The notes below the pieces were generated by a model. The model worked only from the letters and a program-made list of their open reading frames with translations. It was not told where the DNA came from and did not search any database. The position numbers were made by a program, and so were the translations under genes. Positions 50,935 through 63,880 of a stretch of 64,000 bases of DNA are shown in pieces (position 1 is the first letter of the stretch; each line of letters begins with the position of its first letter). The stretch lies in NCBI RefSeq assembly GCF_037042905.1, contig NC_087251.1, positions 24,058,001 to 24,122,000 of the forward strand, read 5' to 3'. The DNA is from Lytechinus pictus (taxonomy: Eukaryota).

Positions 50935-50946
50935 TTACTCCCAGAG
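50935..50946 (+). CDS. NRXN: candidate 12-nt microexon (VTPR) in stalk after Cys-loop 1
   Basis: ttgcatcatctatttctttacag|TTACTCCCAGAG|gtaaac; phase 1-1, in frame. Confidence 0.5.
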
Positions 50947-51312
50947 GTAAACATTATTTTATTATTTCAGCTAATATATTGATTTTATTTCCACTCTTCT
51001 AAAAATAAGTATATCTTTATTGATATTCCCTTTTCTTTGTTAATCTTTCCCGCTGACTCAAATATATTTCATAGCATGATTTTATTTTTCCCTTATCCTT
51101 CCTCTCTCCCTTCCACCCAAGTTGACAAAATTGAAGAGAAATTACCTAGAAAAAAAAACACAGCTTTTCCACACCCTATAAATTTTATTTTATGTGGTTT
51201 GAAGATAATGTTTCACCCTGTTAATAATTATGTGCACCATCATATAATCCTGTCCCAGATCACACCCTCAACTATTATAAGACTTATTTTGTTAATATTT
51301 TGTTTCCTTAAG

Positions 51313-52294
51313 CAAGGCTCCACATTAACTTTTTTTGGTGGTGGCCCATTCGCCACCAAAACCTTCAAATAATTTTTTTTGGTGGCCCGATATTAAAGTT
51401 TGGTGGCCCGAAAAATATAAAGAAAAACATTAAAAATGAATAAATGGGTATAAATGGTTTAACCACTGTCAAAAAAAATGAAAGAAAATAATAAAACGGC
51501 AAAAAAAAGTGTGAGAAAATTCCTTCCCTAAATTTGCCAAAATGTTGGAAAAATTCACATTTCATATAATGAAATGCCTTCCCAAAGTATTTACTTTCTC
51601 AAGAGTTGTTTAAGAAGTCATTTATAAACAAGAAAGAAAGTAACTGTCTGTGTATTTTTGGCTAGAAAAGACCGGAAAAGACACAGCTTCGAAAGAAACC
51701 AAGTAACAACATACATACAAATGCACATGTAGGACTGTGATGTACTCACCTATGTGTTTTTATGTGTATTATTTTCATTTGGAAATCAGTCTTTTTGAGT
51801 CAAAAGAGAGGTCATGATTCCTCTTTTTAATGCTTGTAAATAATCAGGATACACCAGATTTTATCAAAAAGGTCTGTAGAAGGGCATTTCATTGGTGTAA
51901 AATGTGACTTTGACTTGGATTTTCACAGTTCTGTGGAAGATTTCTTAGCAGCAACATTTCGTATTGCAGCTCCCCGAGTCTGAATAGGCTGCTAACGCAC
52001 AGCTGCTTCAAGCATGCAAAGCTCACGCCAGCCGGCCGGCCGGATAAAAGCTACTTAATGCTATAGCTGTAGGCCAACTTTGTGTGTGTGTTTGTGTGTA
52101 GATCAACAAAAAGGGCGCATGATAAACTGGCTTGCAATTTGAACTGTAGAAAGTTGATAAATGCGTGCAAAATTGCGCTATTCTGAAATTTATTGGTTGC
52201 CCGATTCGGGCCACCAAAACATAATATTTTTTCAATAATGGTTGCCCGAGGTGAATTTCTGGTGGCCCCGGGCCACCGCTAATGTCGAGCCTTG
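51313..52294. mobile_element. non-autonomous DNA transposon (hAT/P-like)
   Basis: TIRs CAAGGCTCCACATTA / TAATGTCGAGCCTTG; CCTTAAG duplicated at both ends; subterminal GGTGGCCC repeats. Confidence 0.85.
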
Positions 52295-53679
52295 CCTTAA
52301 GGGAAAATATGTCATCTTAAGGGTCTTTATTTTCTTCTAGTTTGAATGTTATATCTAACCTCATTCTCAATTTCTCCATGCATGCTTCTTATTTGAAAAA
52401 TAGGCTTACAGTTTCCCTAATATATATGGTAACAAGTTTAGAGAAGTATCTTTCCCCTTTTTGGTCATGTTCATTGATTGATTTGGGACATTTTTCTTTT
52501 TACAAATTTGTCCTTCAGATTGTCTGGTATATATGGCTGGTCCAACTATATTTGTCCTTGTAGGCCCATATTCTGAACTGCACTTACATAAAAACTTGGA
52601 TTAAATTAACATTTTACTCTTATATTTATGTTTCATAGAATTTTTTTTTTTTACTTGATTGGTCAATAAATACATTCTCAATCTCACTTTCAGATACTTT
52701 CTTTCTAACATATGGGCATTGTAAAAAGGATACATAACGTTACTATTAACTGTAAAGCTATATTATATTGGGGACAAAAAGTTTCAATCGTTAGTAAATT
52801 TGATTGTATATCTGAATGTAGCAGGTACCTGATTTTTTACAATATTTTAAGTTGGACTGGTGTTCAGAGTATAGGCCATAGACTTTACTAAATCTTCCAT
52901 TCTTGATAACACTCTATTGTCCTAAATCTTTCATTAAGTTATTTAATTGATATCTTTTATATGTTTAATAATAAAACAATGAGAGTGGTTTGTCTTGATT
53001 TGTTAATTTTCCCATTAAATGCACTTTCTTGACTCCCTATATTATTATGGTAACTTTTTCATCTAATGATAACTCCTATGGAATCCTTGTTTTTTATTGG
53101 CTGTTGCAAACTGTCACCATGGTAGTAACCATTGAATGGTAAAGTTAACATAAGAGCCCCTGGACTGCCACATATGCACTATATGCACTCAACAATGTAT
53201 TATGCTTCATATCCAAACTAGTCCGCCCCTGCCCAACCCAGGCCTCGTTCCCCAAGTAAAAATTATTTTGCTACTAGTATATGGAAGAAAAGAAATGGGT
53301 AACATGTGTCATTTGATTCAGAAATACGTCAGTTGTATTATTGATATATTTGAATGGGAAGTCAGTCAGATTTTACCACAGGTATTACGCAATTTAACAA
53401 AGGAAACCTATGTTATTGTGTACGTCTGATAACAATAAACCTATTATTAGTCTTGTTGAGTTTGAATGGCAACAGAATACTTCCCTATATGTTGAAGTAG
53501 TATAGATCTATAAATTCCTGCTCCAACTCATACAAATTTGTTTCAAATGCTATTGATGTTAATAAAGAAATGAAATGATTCTTTTCTAATACAAAAGTTT
53601 TTTTTTTCTTGTCAGATTTATTTCAAGAATTTTTGTATTCACATATTAATCATTACTATGTCTATATTTGTTTCATTAG

Positions 53680-54236
53680 GTGAGGATATCTTTGTACCCG
53701 GAGAGACTATGAGTACACCCCCTCCTGAGAAGCCTGGTGCCCCAGCAACCACGGAATCAGCTTCTCCCATGTCTCCCCAACCCCTTCCCCCTTCCAGCAC
53801 AGAGCCAGGATCAGGATGTGACGATGATGACGAGGATTGTATGACTGCTTCAGGAGAAACTTCAGGCACCAAACCCAGCCCAACCAAAGACTTCACTTTC
53901 ACCCCAGTTGGTGGAGGGGCTACCGTGATAACTGCTGGATCTACCCCTCAATCCGGAGCCAGCCAGGGTAACAATGGGTTTGATTTCCTTGGCGAAGCTG
54001 GGCTGGTGGTGGGCGCGGTATCCGCAGCAGCTGTAATCTTTATCCTTGTCATCCTTGCCATCTATAAGTTCAAGAATCGAAATGAAGGCTCGTACCAGAT
54101 TAACGAGAGTCGGAATTACGACTACGAGGCAACGCGCACCTCCCTCTTACCTGCCACGGCCACGAATGGCACCTTACCATCAAAACCTAAACCTTCATTA
54201 CCGCCAGAGTATGCGACAAAAGAATGGTATGTCTAG
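53680..54236 (+). CDS. NRXN: alpha-neurexin last coding exon (stalk, Cys-loop 2, TM, cytoplasmic tail)
   Basis: attag|GT, phase 1; TM GLVVGAVSAAAVIFILVILAIY, YKFKNRNEGSY 4.1-binding motif, terminal KEWYV-TAG. Confidence 0.97.
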
Positions 54237-57200
54237 CAGTAGTTATAGACATAGATAGATATATAGCACATATGTAGCTTTGTCTTCTTTTTGTATATTT
54301 GAAGAGAAAAAACAATCACATATATTATATAGTATTTCAATCAAAATTATTCTACCAGTGTGTGTATATAAAAAAGCAATGTCCTATGCTAATTTGATAT
54401 GCAATTATGAACATATGAAGCACTATGGTGGATGCTTCAGCGGTTGTTTTTTTAAGATGTTTTAAGGATCTTGCCAGATTAGTTAAGATGAATAGCATAC
54501 AAGTGACACCCAATTTATGGACCTCAATCAATTGACTATCACTTACAGAGTTTGGTGATAGGAGTTTTTTCTTCTTCAGATAATGAAAGTTTATTTTATC
54601 CAAATTAAAATACAAAGCCTATGTCCTGGTTCAAACCTGATGTTGAATCTCTTTTGAGATTTATGAACCCTCTCTCAGTAGAAAGCACTGAAAATGTTGT
54701 CTCTGTTGCACTTTAGGTCTCAGTGTTGGTTTGTGTACTTAAGATTCACCAGACTACTGTTGAATGAGAAGCATGATATCACATCATTTATTTGTATATC
54801 TTCCAACAAATGTTTTGGTCATGTATGTAATATTCTCTGCTTGTATAAGTATGTATTCAAACATGTGAATTTTGTTGTATTATTTTAGAATCTGGAAAAA
54901 GTTTTAAGCATGTTGTATTGGAATTCAGACTTTCATCATGTCTTGTGACAATAAGGGATTAAACTGTAAGTGCTCTTTTCATTAATGTTGCTATGGAAAC
55001 AGAGGATGATAAAGCATTGTGAACCACCAGACTGTATCAAAGTTCTTGTGATTTTATTGAAAGAAGAATAGAGCATGGACTAATGCTAGGTATTACTTCA
55101 TTGAATAGCATTTGAATCAGTATATGTTCATCAAGCTATAAGCAATGGCCTGACTTTTTTTTACAAACAGACCATTTCACAACCCTAGATTCAACTTTTA
55201 ATGTCAAAAAGACAAAATGGCTGTCAGTGGCAGTCTAAATTGACAAAGTTGTCATGATATTTCATGTGAAAGTCTGGAAAGAAGCTTCAGATGTGGGTCT
55301 TGTTTTTTTGCAATAGAATTTTACTGACAAACATTTGATTAGGTGCTACAAGCAAAATGATTCATACTTGTCCATGTATTTTTTTTCCCCTTCATTTTCA
55401 CTGCATTTTATTGTGCTGAATATAGATTACTTGTGACCACCTCGTGAATACAACTCATTGTAATTTATTGATCAAACTTCTGTGATTGATCAATTACACG
55501 TATATGATTAGCCAACAATAAAACACTTTGATTATGTGCTTAATGATAATCTTCCAACTAGACTCAAACTCAAGCCTCATTCAGATATGATTTGACAAAC
55601 CTCAGTATTTCTTATCACCCTACTTTATATACTAGTAAACATATATCTTACACTTCAAGGCTAAAAAGGGTCCAAAGTTGCATGGATAATCTGGTGAAAT
55701 TTTAAGTGATATCATCATTCATGTTATACAGTGTCATTAATATTTTAATATGGCATCATGAGTTTGTTCATGCAACCCTGGACAGATAATTTTTTCGATG
55801 ATTGGTACACATTCTTATTTTGTCTCCTTGCAAAAACTCTTGACCTTTTTTTATGCCATATGCTTCTTGTTGACTTGTACGCAAAAATATTGCGTAGCTT
55901 TTTTGCTGAGTTTTGTCAATCCATGTCTGAGTGAGGCTTTAGCAAGAATGGCAAATTGGCAATCCACTAGCACTTAACAAGATGCAATCATAATGTATGT
56001 ACTGAGATTCAATTCACTTTCAATCACAAAGCATAGAAATTCAAATTATATGACAGCTTTGGTTTTGTCCTTTGATAGAACAAACTAAAGAAACTGAAAT
56101 TCAAAGAAATTAAGCACAGTACTAAATATATTGCTGTTAAAGTTGTGTTAGTAATTTATTACTAAATGTATTTGCTTGTATGAATGACATAATTATGCTT
56201 ATCATATTCTAATTTATGGAAATGCAAAACACAATATCAGTCTATTTTGATTTTAAGGAATTTTTAAGTTTAAATCCTTGTAAGATGGGGATACTAATCA
56301 GCTTTTAAAATCAATAAATTGTGTTAATTTTAGAGTTTAAACATGTAACCCTTATCTGGATATTGCATTTTCCAGAGCAGTCAATGTGTGATTAGATTCG
56401 ATGTTAAATGTGTGCTAATTTAAAGATTGGGAAAGCTTTATAAAGTCTTTTGAGTAGACTTGATTTTCACTTTTATTGATGATTATGTGATTAATTATTG
56501 TTTATATATCCAGTGCCATGTATTTATTTACATATTTCATGTTAATTGGGATATCTTTTTTTTTTGCATTTATTTTCATATCTTTCATTATTTTTCTTTT
56601 GATTCCTTTTTATGTGTAAACTGAAACCAACATGAAATGAAATGAGATACGAAAAACAACTTAATTAGATTTTTCATTGAAGATTAATTGCCAGGTGCAA
56701 TTATAAAACAAAACAGGCAAGACAAAGAATTACATATAATATATTATAATCATTATTATTTATATTACTATTATACTGTCATGTAATGTAAATATGGATT
56801 ACCTGTAAATCTTACATTCCTTTCACACAAATTATGTTCTGTAGAAATAACATATACAGGTTTACAAATGAGATATTGTATAGTTTGATGAAGAAAGACA
56901 GGTGTACATAGAGATATGTATCTAGTTTGTAACATAAATAACCCATGAGTAGACTTTAATAAAAAATAAAAAAGAGACACATTCTATCATCAGAGAAGTG
57001 TAGTTAAAATTAGTTCTTTTTAGAAATCTTAGTAGATTTTGTGGTTATCATTCTTGCTGATATGCATGTATCAGTCATTTCTAATCTGTTTATTCAGACA
57101 TTGGTTTTTAAACTTGGATATAGTAAAACTAAATTCTTGTTTTACTTATTCACTTGGATTCTTGTGGTAAAATGGGTGATAGAGGCCATGATTATTTGTT

Positions 57201-58683
57201 TCAACTTATTTTATTGAGATAAATTCAAAGGAAAAAATGAGAGCTTTTTGTATGCTGAATACTTGGTTATTCCCCCCCCCCCCCCCACTTATAATATAAT
57301 ATGACAATAACATTGTTGAGGGAACTTCAAAATTACATAAATGGGTTTAAAGAATGTGGCCCATCTTTGAGAGTATGGTTTAATGCAAAATTTCTTCTCA
57401 TTTAAAAAACTATTACCTATTGATGCTTGATGCAGAATTAATTCAGTATATCATTCTCATAATCAGGCATATGTAGATATATATAAAAACTGGAATATAA
57501 ATTGATATGTATACCGATTGCTCTACTATATCCTTAGCTTACATTCTGTCAATTATTATATTTTGTTCAGAAAATACATCAAGAGCTGAAGTGACAGCAA
57601 TATACGATGCTGAAAACTTATACTTTTCATCAGCAAACAATATTCAATTAAAATGATCATGTGCAGCAACAAAAGTACCTGTATCTCTATTCCCGAGATT
57701 CGTTATCTCTTGAACATATATGCTGCAGTGAAGCAATTTGAAAAATGGTTTCAAAAAATTACTTTCTTTTAAGCACCCTCCATAATACAGTACAATGTTT
57801 GTATTTGAGTATACTTCTTAAACTACAAGCTTGTGTAAAATATTTTTCCTAACATATGGGTGCTGTGTTGATAGTTTATCATAATGTACAAGTATTTATA
57901 ATGTACTTTACCCAGGAATTAAAATTCTATACAAAACAATTCCAATCTTGGTCTTCATTTTTGACTTGCTGACCCATTTGTATTACACAAGACTACATTT
58001 TTTTGTATGATTAGTATTATAGGGTCATTTTATTTATGGTTAATGTTTTTTTTAGATAAAGCATGCAGCAAATTGGCAGTGATATTTATATGTCAGACTA
58101 TGTAAAAACAAATCGCTTCCAAATGAGTTCATGGTAAACCTCTACAGTCATTTATTTGAAAAGATTACTGTTATGTATTTTGTTTGTTTCAAGTAGGTTG
58201 TTATTTTGATATCTTTTATTCAGCCTCCCTGGCATATTTTCATTATGCAAGTGTAGCAATAAATGTGAATTTGAATGACTATAAACATTCTGTTTCTTTT
58301 GAATATTTTTGGAAAAATATAATAGTGAATTATCCGAGTTGATGAAGATGCTGACATTGCTGCTTGGTGGTGATGATGAAAAATGTAATACGGACAGGGG
58401 TGATGTATTTTAGTGAAGATGGTGATGGAGATTAGGGGGATGATGACATTGGTGATGATGATGATGCTCATGATGACGATGATCGTGCTGTTCACTTTGA
58501 AGTTTGTCAGTTGAATGTTAAAAACTGGAAAAGGGACGAAAAGCCATAAGCAATTAATTTCACCAGAAATATGACAATACAAAGGGTATTTTGTCTACTT
58601 TTCTCTTTGACAACTTTAAGCTTAAACTTTCATTGACAAGTTTTATTCTTCCTCCGCCTCGTTATCCTCATTATCCTTATCAT

Positions 58684-58945
58684 CAGTGGCGTACCTAGGA
58701 TTTTCCACAGGGGGGGCAAAATCGGCCGCCAAAAAAATTGACAAGCAAAAAAAAAAAAAAAAAAAAAAAAAAGGTCTTCAAGCTCGTCAGGGGGGCAATA
58801 AAGGTCTTCAAGCTCGTCAGGGGGGGCATAAAAGGTCTTTCAAGCTCGTCAGGGGGGGCAGTGATATGTATTTTGTATGGGTTGTGGCTCGTCAGGGGGG
58901 GCAGAGTGCCCCCCCTGCCCCCCCCCCCCCGTAGGTACGCTAGTG
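58684..58945. mobile_element. hAT-like MITE with internal ~30-bp tandem repeat x3
   Basis: TIRs CAGTGGCGTACCTA / TAGGTACGCTAGTG; 8-bp TSD CTTATCAT. Confidence 0.85.
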
Positions 58946-60906
58946 CTTATCATCTTTGTTAGTAATACCTATTGTGATAAACTATAAAGTTACCAATGTT
59001 TAACATAGGCCTTAAAAGCTGCAATTTGACAAACTGGCCATACTCATTTTATCTTCGTAAGATCAACAGGATGATGAGGAGAAAGAGGTTTTATGCCAAA
59101 TTAAGATCAAAGATGTGGATTCTTTTTTGTTAATAAATGAAAACATGTGAATTCATATAAAATATATCTCTCTCTGTGGAATTAAAATGGGCTTAGATTA
59201 ATTGTTGTTTAGTTATTGTATTGCCCGCAATATATGATGTACGTTAAAAAGGAAGCCCCAATATCGTGTTTTTTTTTTATCGATAATCATGTACTTCCGT
59301 TACTCGAAAGTACAAGTAAATCTAGTGAATTTACCAACTGTTGGTTTAGAAAATCTCAATTCGTTGGCTTGCAATTTTCTTTTAATCAACAGTTTGGAGA
59401 TTGATATGTTAACAATTTTTTTTTGAGCGTGTATCTAACGGGTGGTTCTCTTCCACTGCACATTGAACAGGATGAGTGCAACTGTTTTATAACCGTTGCT
59501 TCAAAGTTTTATCGATTCACCAAAGTGTTTTTGAAAGCTCAATATTCTTATCATTGAAAACAAGATCAAATTTTTAATTCATGAGATCAAAATAGGTGTT
59601 GATCTTCTTTTCATACAATTCATTCTTAACATGATTTTTCATTATGTTCAATATGTTTGGCACGCGCAAGTAAAACACTTGGAAGTTAACACATTCCAAA
59701 ACTATGATGCTCCACGAATGCATGGTGGTATATACTAAGACGATATGCTTTCAAGCCAGAGCAATTTGATTAGGGCAAGACGACCGCAATGTGACGTCAT
59801 ATACTATCCCGCTTATGCTCACCTTCCTTCGTTCTAAAGACAAAGGGCGCCTATTTTGCGTAGGTAAAAAGTGAGAAATATATATTTGACAGCCCCCACT
59901 AAATTCGCCCACACAGCCTGCCAAAAGAAGAGAGAGAACAAAAAGACGGGGGAAATAACGAAATCAAATGGAGAGAATAATAGGGGGGGAAGCAGACAGA
60001 AGATTGCTAAGAAACAGACATGTGTTCGAACGGAATTTGGTCTGATCATGTGTCTTTATGTATCTCAAAGGAAACAAGACCGGAAACGAGTAGTAAGATG
60101 GCCTAAGAGAGACGGAATTTCAGGAGATAACAGAATGGGACCAATACATTTAGCCCCTATTTCTATTGAATCACTACAACAACGAAAGATGTCGACCCCC
60201 CCCCCCCATGCAAAAGAAAAGTTTTTCATAGTATGAGACCAGGGGCGGCACCATGAAGGATATTTCGATTGGGAGATGGGAATGACTACTTAAATAAGTA
60301 TGACGTCATATACATGTAATTAAACCGCCCAAACCTTTCCTTTTTATTTTCTTCTTGCTTCCATTTTCTCCCTGTCCCCCTCTCTTTTCACTCCTAGAAA
60401 AATCATGGGGAGGGACCGTCTCTACCCCCTCTTGCGGCCCAACGCCCTTCACAGTAAAAAAAAAAACCCAGTTGTTTAAAGAGTTTAAACAATATTTGTT
60501 GGAGTGACAGGCTTGAACGACGTGCTTAAAATTTTAAACAGTGTTGGAAAAAACGATGCCTCAGGACTTTGTTTAATAAAGGACTTTGTAAGATTGCAGT
60601 TATGTAACAGGGCTCAACAGCCAATCACAGTTAAGATGTCCAAGGTAATTGCAATAATGGCAAAGTTGCAATAGTTGTAAATCTGTATGAAACGGGCACC
60701 ATGATTAAATGTTTTCGCTGTAGTTTTCTCGCTCACTACACTCGCACATAAAGAAACAGGATAGTTGATGCAAGAAGCTACCTGCTATATAGTAGACCGG
60801 CCAAAACGATTTTTTTATACTTTGGACGGCAGAATTTGTTAATGCTTGCTAATGCTTGGCATCCAAGCTAAAAGTCTTGCAAAAATACCCAGAAATAGCG
60901 TACGGC

Positions 60907-62275
60907 CGGATGCCAAGCGCACTTTTGCGTGAAAGTGTCATTTTTAGCCTAAAATCTAAAAGAATGTCGAAAATCACGCGTTTTGATATTTTGACGGAAT
61001 ATGTTAACATTTTTTATTATCTTTGATATGCGATTCTTTTTATTTGGTTTTTTCAAAATATAAGTCTCATAAATAAACATTTCAAATTTGAATATTACAC
61101 ACACATATATATGGCACAATGAAACATAAAACCGCGATTTCCTCAAAATAAAAGTTTTTGAAAACTATCAATAGTTTGAAGTTTTTTACACAACTTAAAT
61201 TCTTCGATTTAAATTCTTTTATCCATCGAATGTATAGTAAATGTCCTAATGCCACAAATATTAATAGAATTTTCAAATAAGATAGAGGATATCTCATTTC
61301 ATGTTATCCGAAAGGAGACAATGTGTATTTTACAATGTGCGCATTTTGAATGAAAACTTGAACATACCGTACATTATGTACATAATTACATGAGTAAGTC
61401 ATACTAATAGTTTTTATACTTTGGATAGAAAAATTTGTCATTTCTTGGCATCCCAGCTTAAAGCAGATACGAACCAATAGCGCCATCTCGAGTCCTCAAC
61501 TATTCATACCAGGCCAGTTTCCTGACCCATAAAGCTAGTGTAGTCTATTAATATAGACCCACTTGAATGATAACTTGCTAATTAACTACTCAATACATTT
61601 ATACCGCAGTAGTTATAGTAGAACAATTACCCTTCCTCTCAAAACATTTTAGTTTCTCTATACAAATTCAATGAGTTCAATTTATTATCTGTAGTATTAG
61701 TAGATATCTGAAAACGTATATTTTAACTATAACATCTATAACAATGAGAGACCACACACAGTTACTGAGGAATAACGTCCGGGCGGATGCTAAGTGCACT
61801 TTTGCTTGAAAATATCATTTTAAGCGTAAAATTTGAAAGAATGTCGAAAATCATGCATTTTGATATTTTGACGGAATATGTTAAAGTGTGACTACCTTTG
61901 ATATGCGATCATTCTTATTTGGAGTTTCAAATTATAAGTCTAATAAATATGCATTTCAAATTGGAATATTACACACACATAATGGCACTATGAAACATAA
62001 AATCGTCATTTAATACTCGAAATAAAAGTTTGTGAAAACTATCAAAATTCGAATTTATTTTACAACTTAAATTCTTCGATTTAAATGCATTTATCTATTG
62101 AATATACATGTATATCAATCGTCCTAATGTCACAAATATTTAAAAAATTTCAAGTAAGATGGACGATATATCATGGTATGTTATCCGAAAGGGGACATGC
62201 ATAATTTATCGGGTGGGCATTTTGAAGGTAAAATTGAATATACCGTACATTATAAACACAATTACATGTATAAGT
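60907..62275. repeat. diverged ~490-bp direct repeat (60907-61396 and 61784-62275), probably transposon-derived
   Basis: Colinear shared blocks such as AAAGAATGTCGAAAATCA, TTTGATATTTTGACGGAATATGTTAA and ACAACTTAAATTCTTCGATTTAAAT. Confidence 0.8.
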
Positions 62276-62477
62276 ACATACTTAAAACGAGTTACAAAAT
62301 TTCTGGCCGCAACTGCCCCTGCCCCCCCCCCCCGGGCCCTGGGATCGATATTTTGACTGGGGGTGCTGATGTAAATATGACAAGCAGAGGTTGTATATAT
62401 CTTTTAAAACGCTGTTTAACTATTACCAATGCTGTAAACCCTTGACGCCGATCATACGCCGGGCTGAAAATAGTTAA

Positions 62478-63011
62478 AGGAGAATGAAACCCTTGGAGCA
62501 AGTTAGCTTTGGTGAAAGCAGAAAAATCAAAGAATAAGATCAACAACAGTTTGAGTAAAATAGGACTAGCAATAGAAGAGTTATGAGCATTTGAATGTCG
62601 AGATCACTAATGCTATGGAGATCCTCCCATTGGCAATGCGACCAAGATCTATGATGTCACAGATGAACAACATCTCTTTTTGCTCATTCTAATCATTCAT
62701 CAATGATATAATGTTGTGAAACCTCTGTACTTGTCCTCTCATAAAGAGAACACCTCACCTTGTGATAGACTCTATAAAAGTGAGAATATAAGTGAAATAA
62801 GTACTAAAGTAATGAGGGAGTTGTACGTGTGTGATGGCACAGATCTTGGTCGCATTGCCAATGGGAGGATCTACATGGCATTAGTGATCTCGACATTCAA
62901 ATGCTCATAACTTTCTTATTATTCATTCAATCTTCCTCAAACTTTCAACAATATGTTTCTTTAATTTTTCTCTTTGATATGGATTCAGCTGGTTTCAAGG
63001 GTCTTTCTCCT
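62478..63011. mobile_element. Kolobok-like MITE with long internal inverted repeat
   Basis: TTAA|AGGAGA ... TCTCCT|TTAA; ~85-bp inverted repeat 62577-62660 vs 62830-62913. Confidence 0.8.
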
Positions 63012-63679
63012 TTAACTGTAAATTAAATGTAAATAAAAATATAAAAAATGAAATTTCACTGCGTAAAAATGTGGCATAATCTGATAATAACAAAGTTATT
63101 GATTTTTTTTAAATTTAGCATTGTGAAAACAGTTATACGTACGCCGTCATGATATATAGGTGGGCTCATGATGTCATGTTCCTACCTTCTTTTTCTGTTA
63201 CATGAAATTGAATTTATTTGAAGTTTTCATACAATAGCCAATAGGGAGGAGCGGAAAAATAACTTTCTCTACATTTCCCTCCGTAATCATGATAAAGGAT
63301 AAATTATGTGAGCGCGAGCTGAGGAAATTTGATATTCCGATCTGAAAAGGGGGAAATTTAACATGATTCAATGATGCGAGCTCGAAGTGCATGCTATCTG
63401 AAACTATTTGATATTCCGACCTAGGACTATTCGTAGGAATTCATGAAAAAGATATATATCTCATCAATTAATTGGCCTAATGAGAGTGCGATCTTTAAAT
63501 ATATTGTAACGTGAGACCCTATCAAAATAACCTTTTAAAAATAGTATGCTGCCACCACAATAGTTTAGAGAGTTATTGAGCTCTTGGCCAAGCATAATTT
63601 AACACTTGACCGTAATGAAGAAACTTTTCTTCGATGAGAACTTTAAAGAGCTAGTGAACCACCAATCAGAATAGCTATC

Positions 63680-63880
63680 TCATGATCCATAATATCTGAG
63701 TTCTACTACGAGCTCCGCGATTGGTCCATCTTCTTGCATCGACCGCCAACTTTTAGCCTCTCCATTCTGCCAGAACCACAGAGGTTGAAGGAGCTCCGAT
63801 GATCTGAAGAAAACCGTCTTTTCTCCCATCACAAGACTTCTGTCATACTCCAGCGTCCTGACCTTCACAGCAGAATTTAA
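63680..63880 (-). CDS. possible terminal coding exon of a convergent neighbouring gene, product unknown
   Basis: Minus strand caccag|TTA...TGA gives 66 aa LNSAVKVRTLEY...LQPLWFWQNG...ELVVELRYYGS with protein-like composition; acceptor weak; no family recognised. Confidence 0.35.
   Translation of the reverse strand, partial: LNSAVKVRTLEYDRSLVMGEKTVFFRSSELLQPLWFWQNGEAKSWRSMQEDGPIAELVVELRYYGS

Noticed and set aside
54234..54242. Stop-codon readthrough (TAG CAG TAG)
   Set aside because: Does not match the CARYYA context and a second stop follows one codon later
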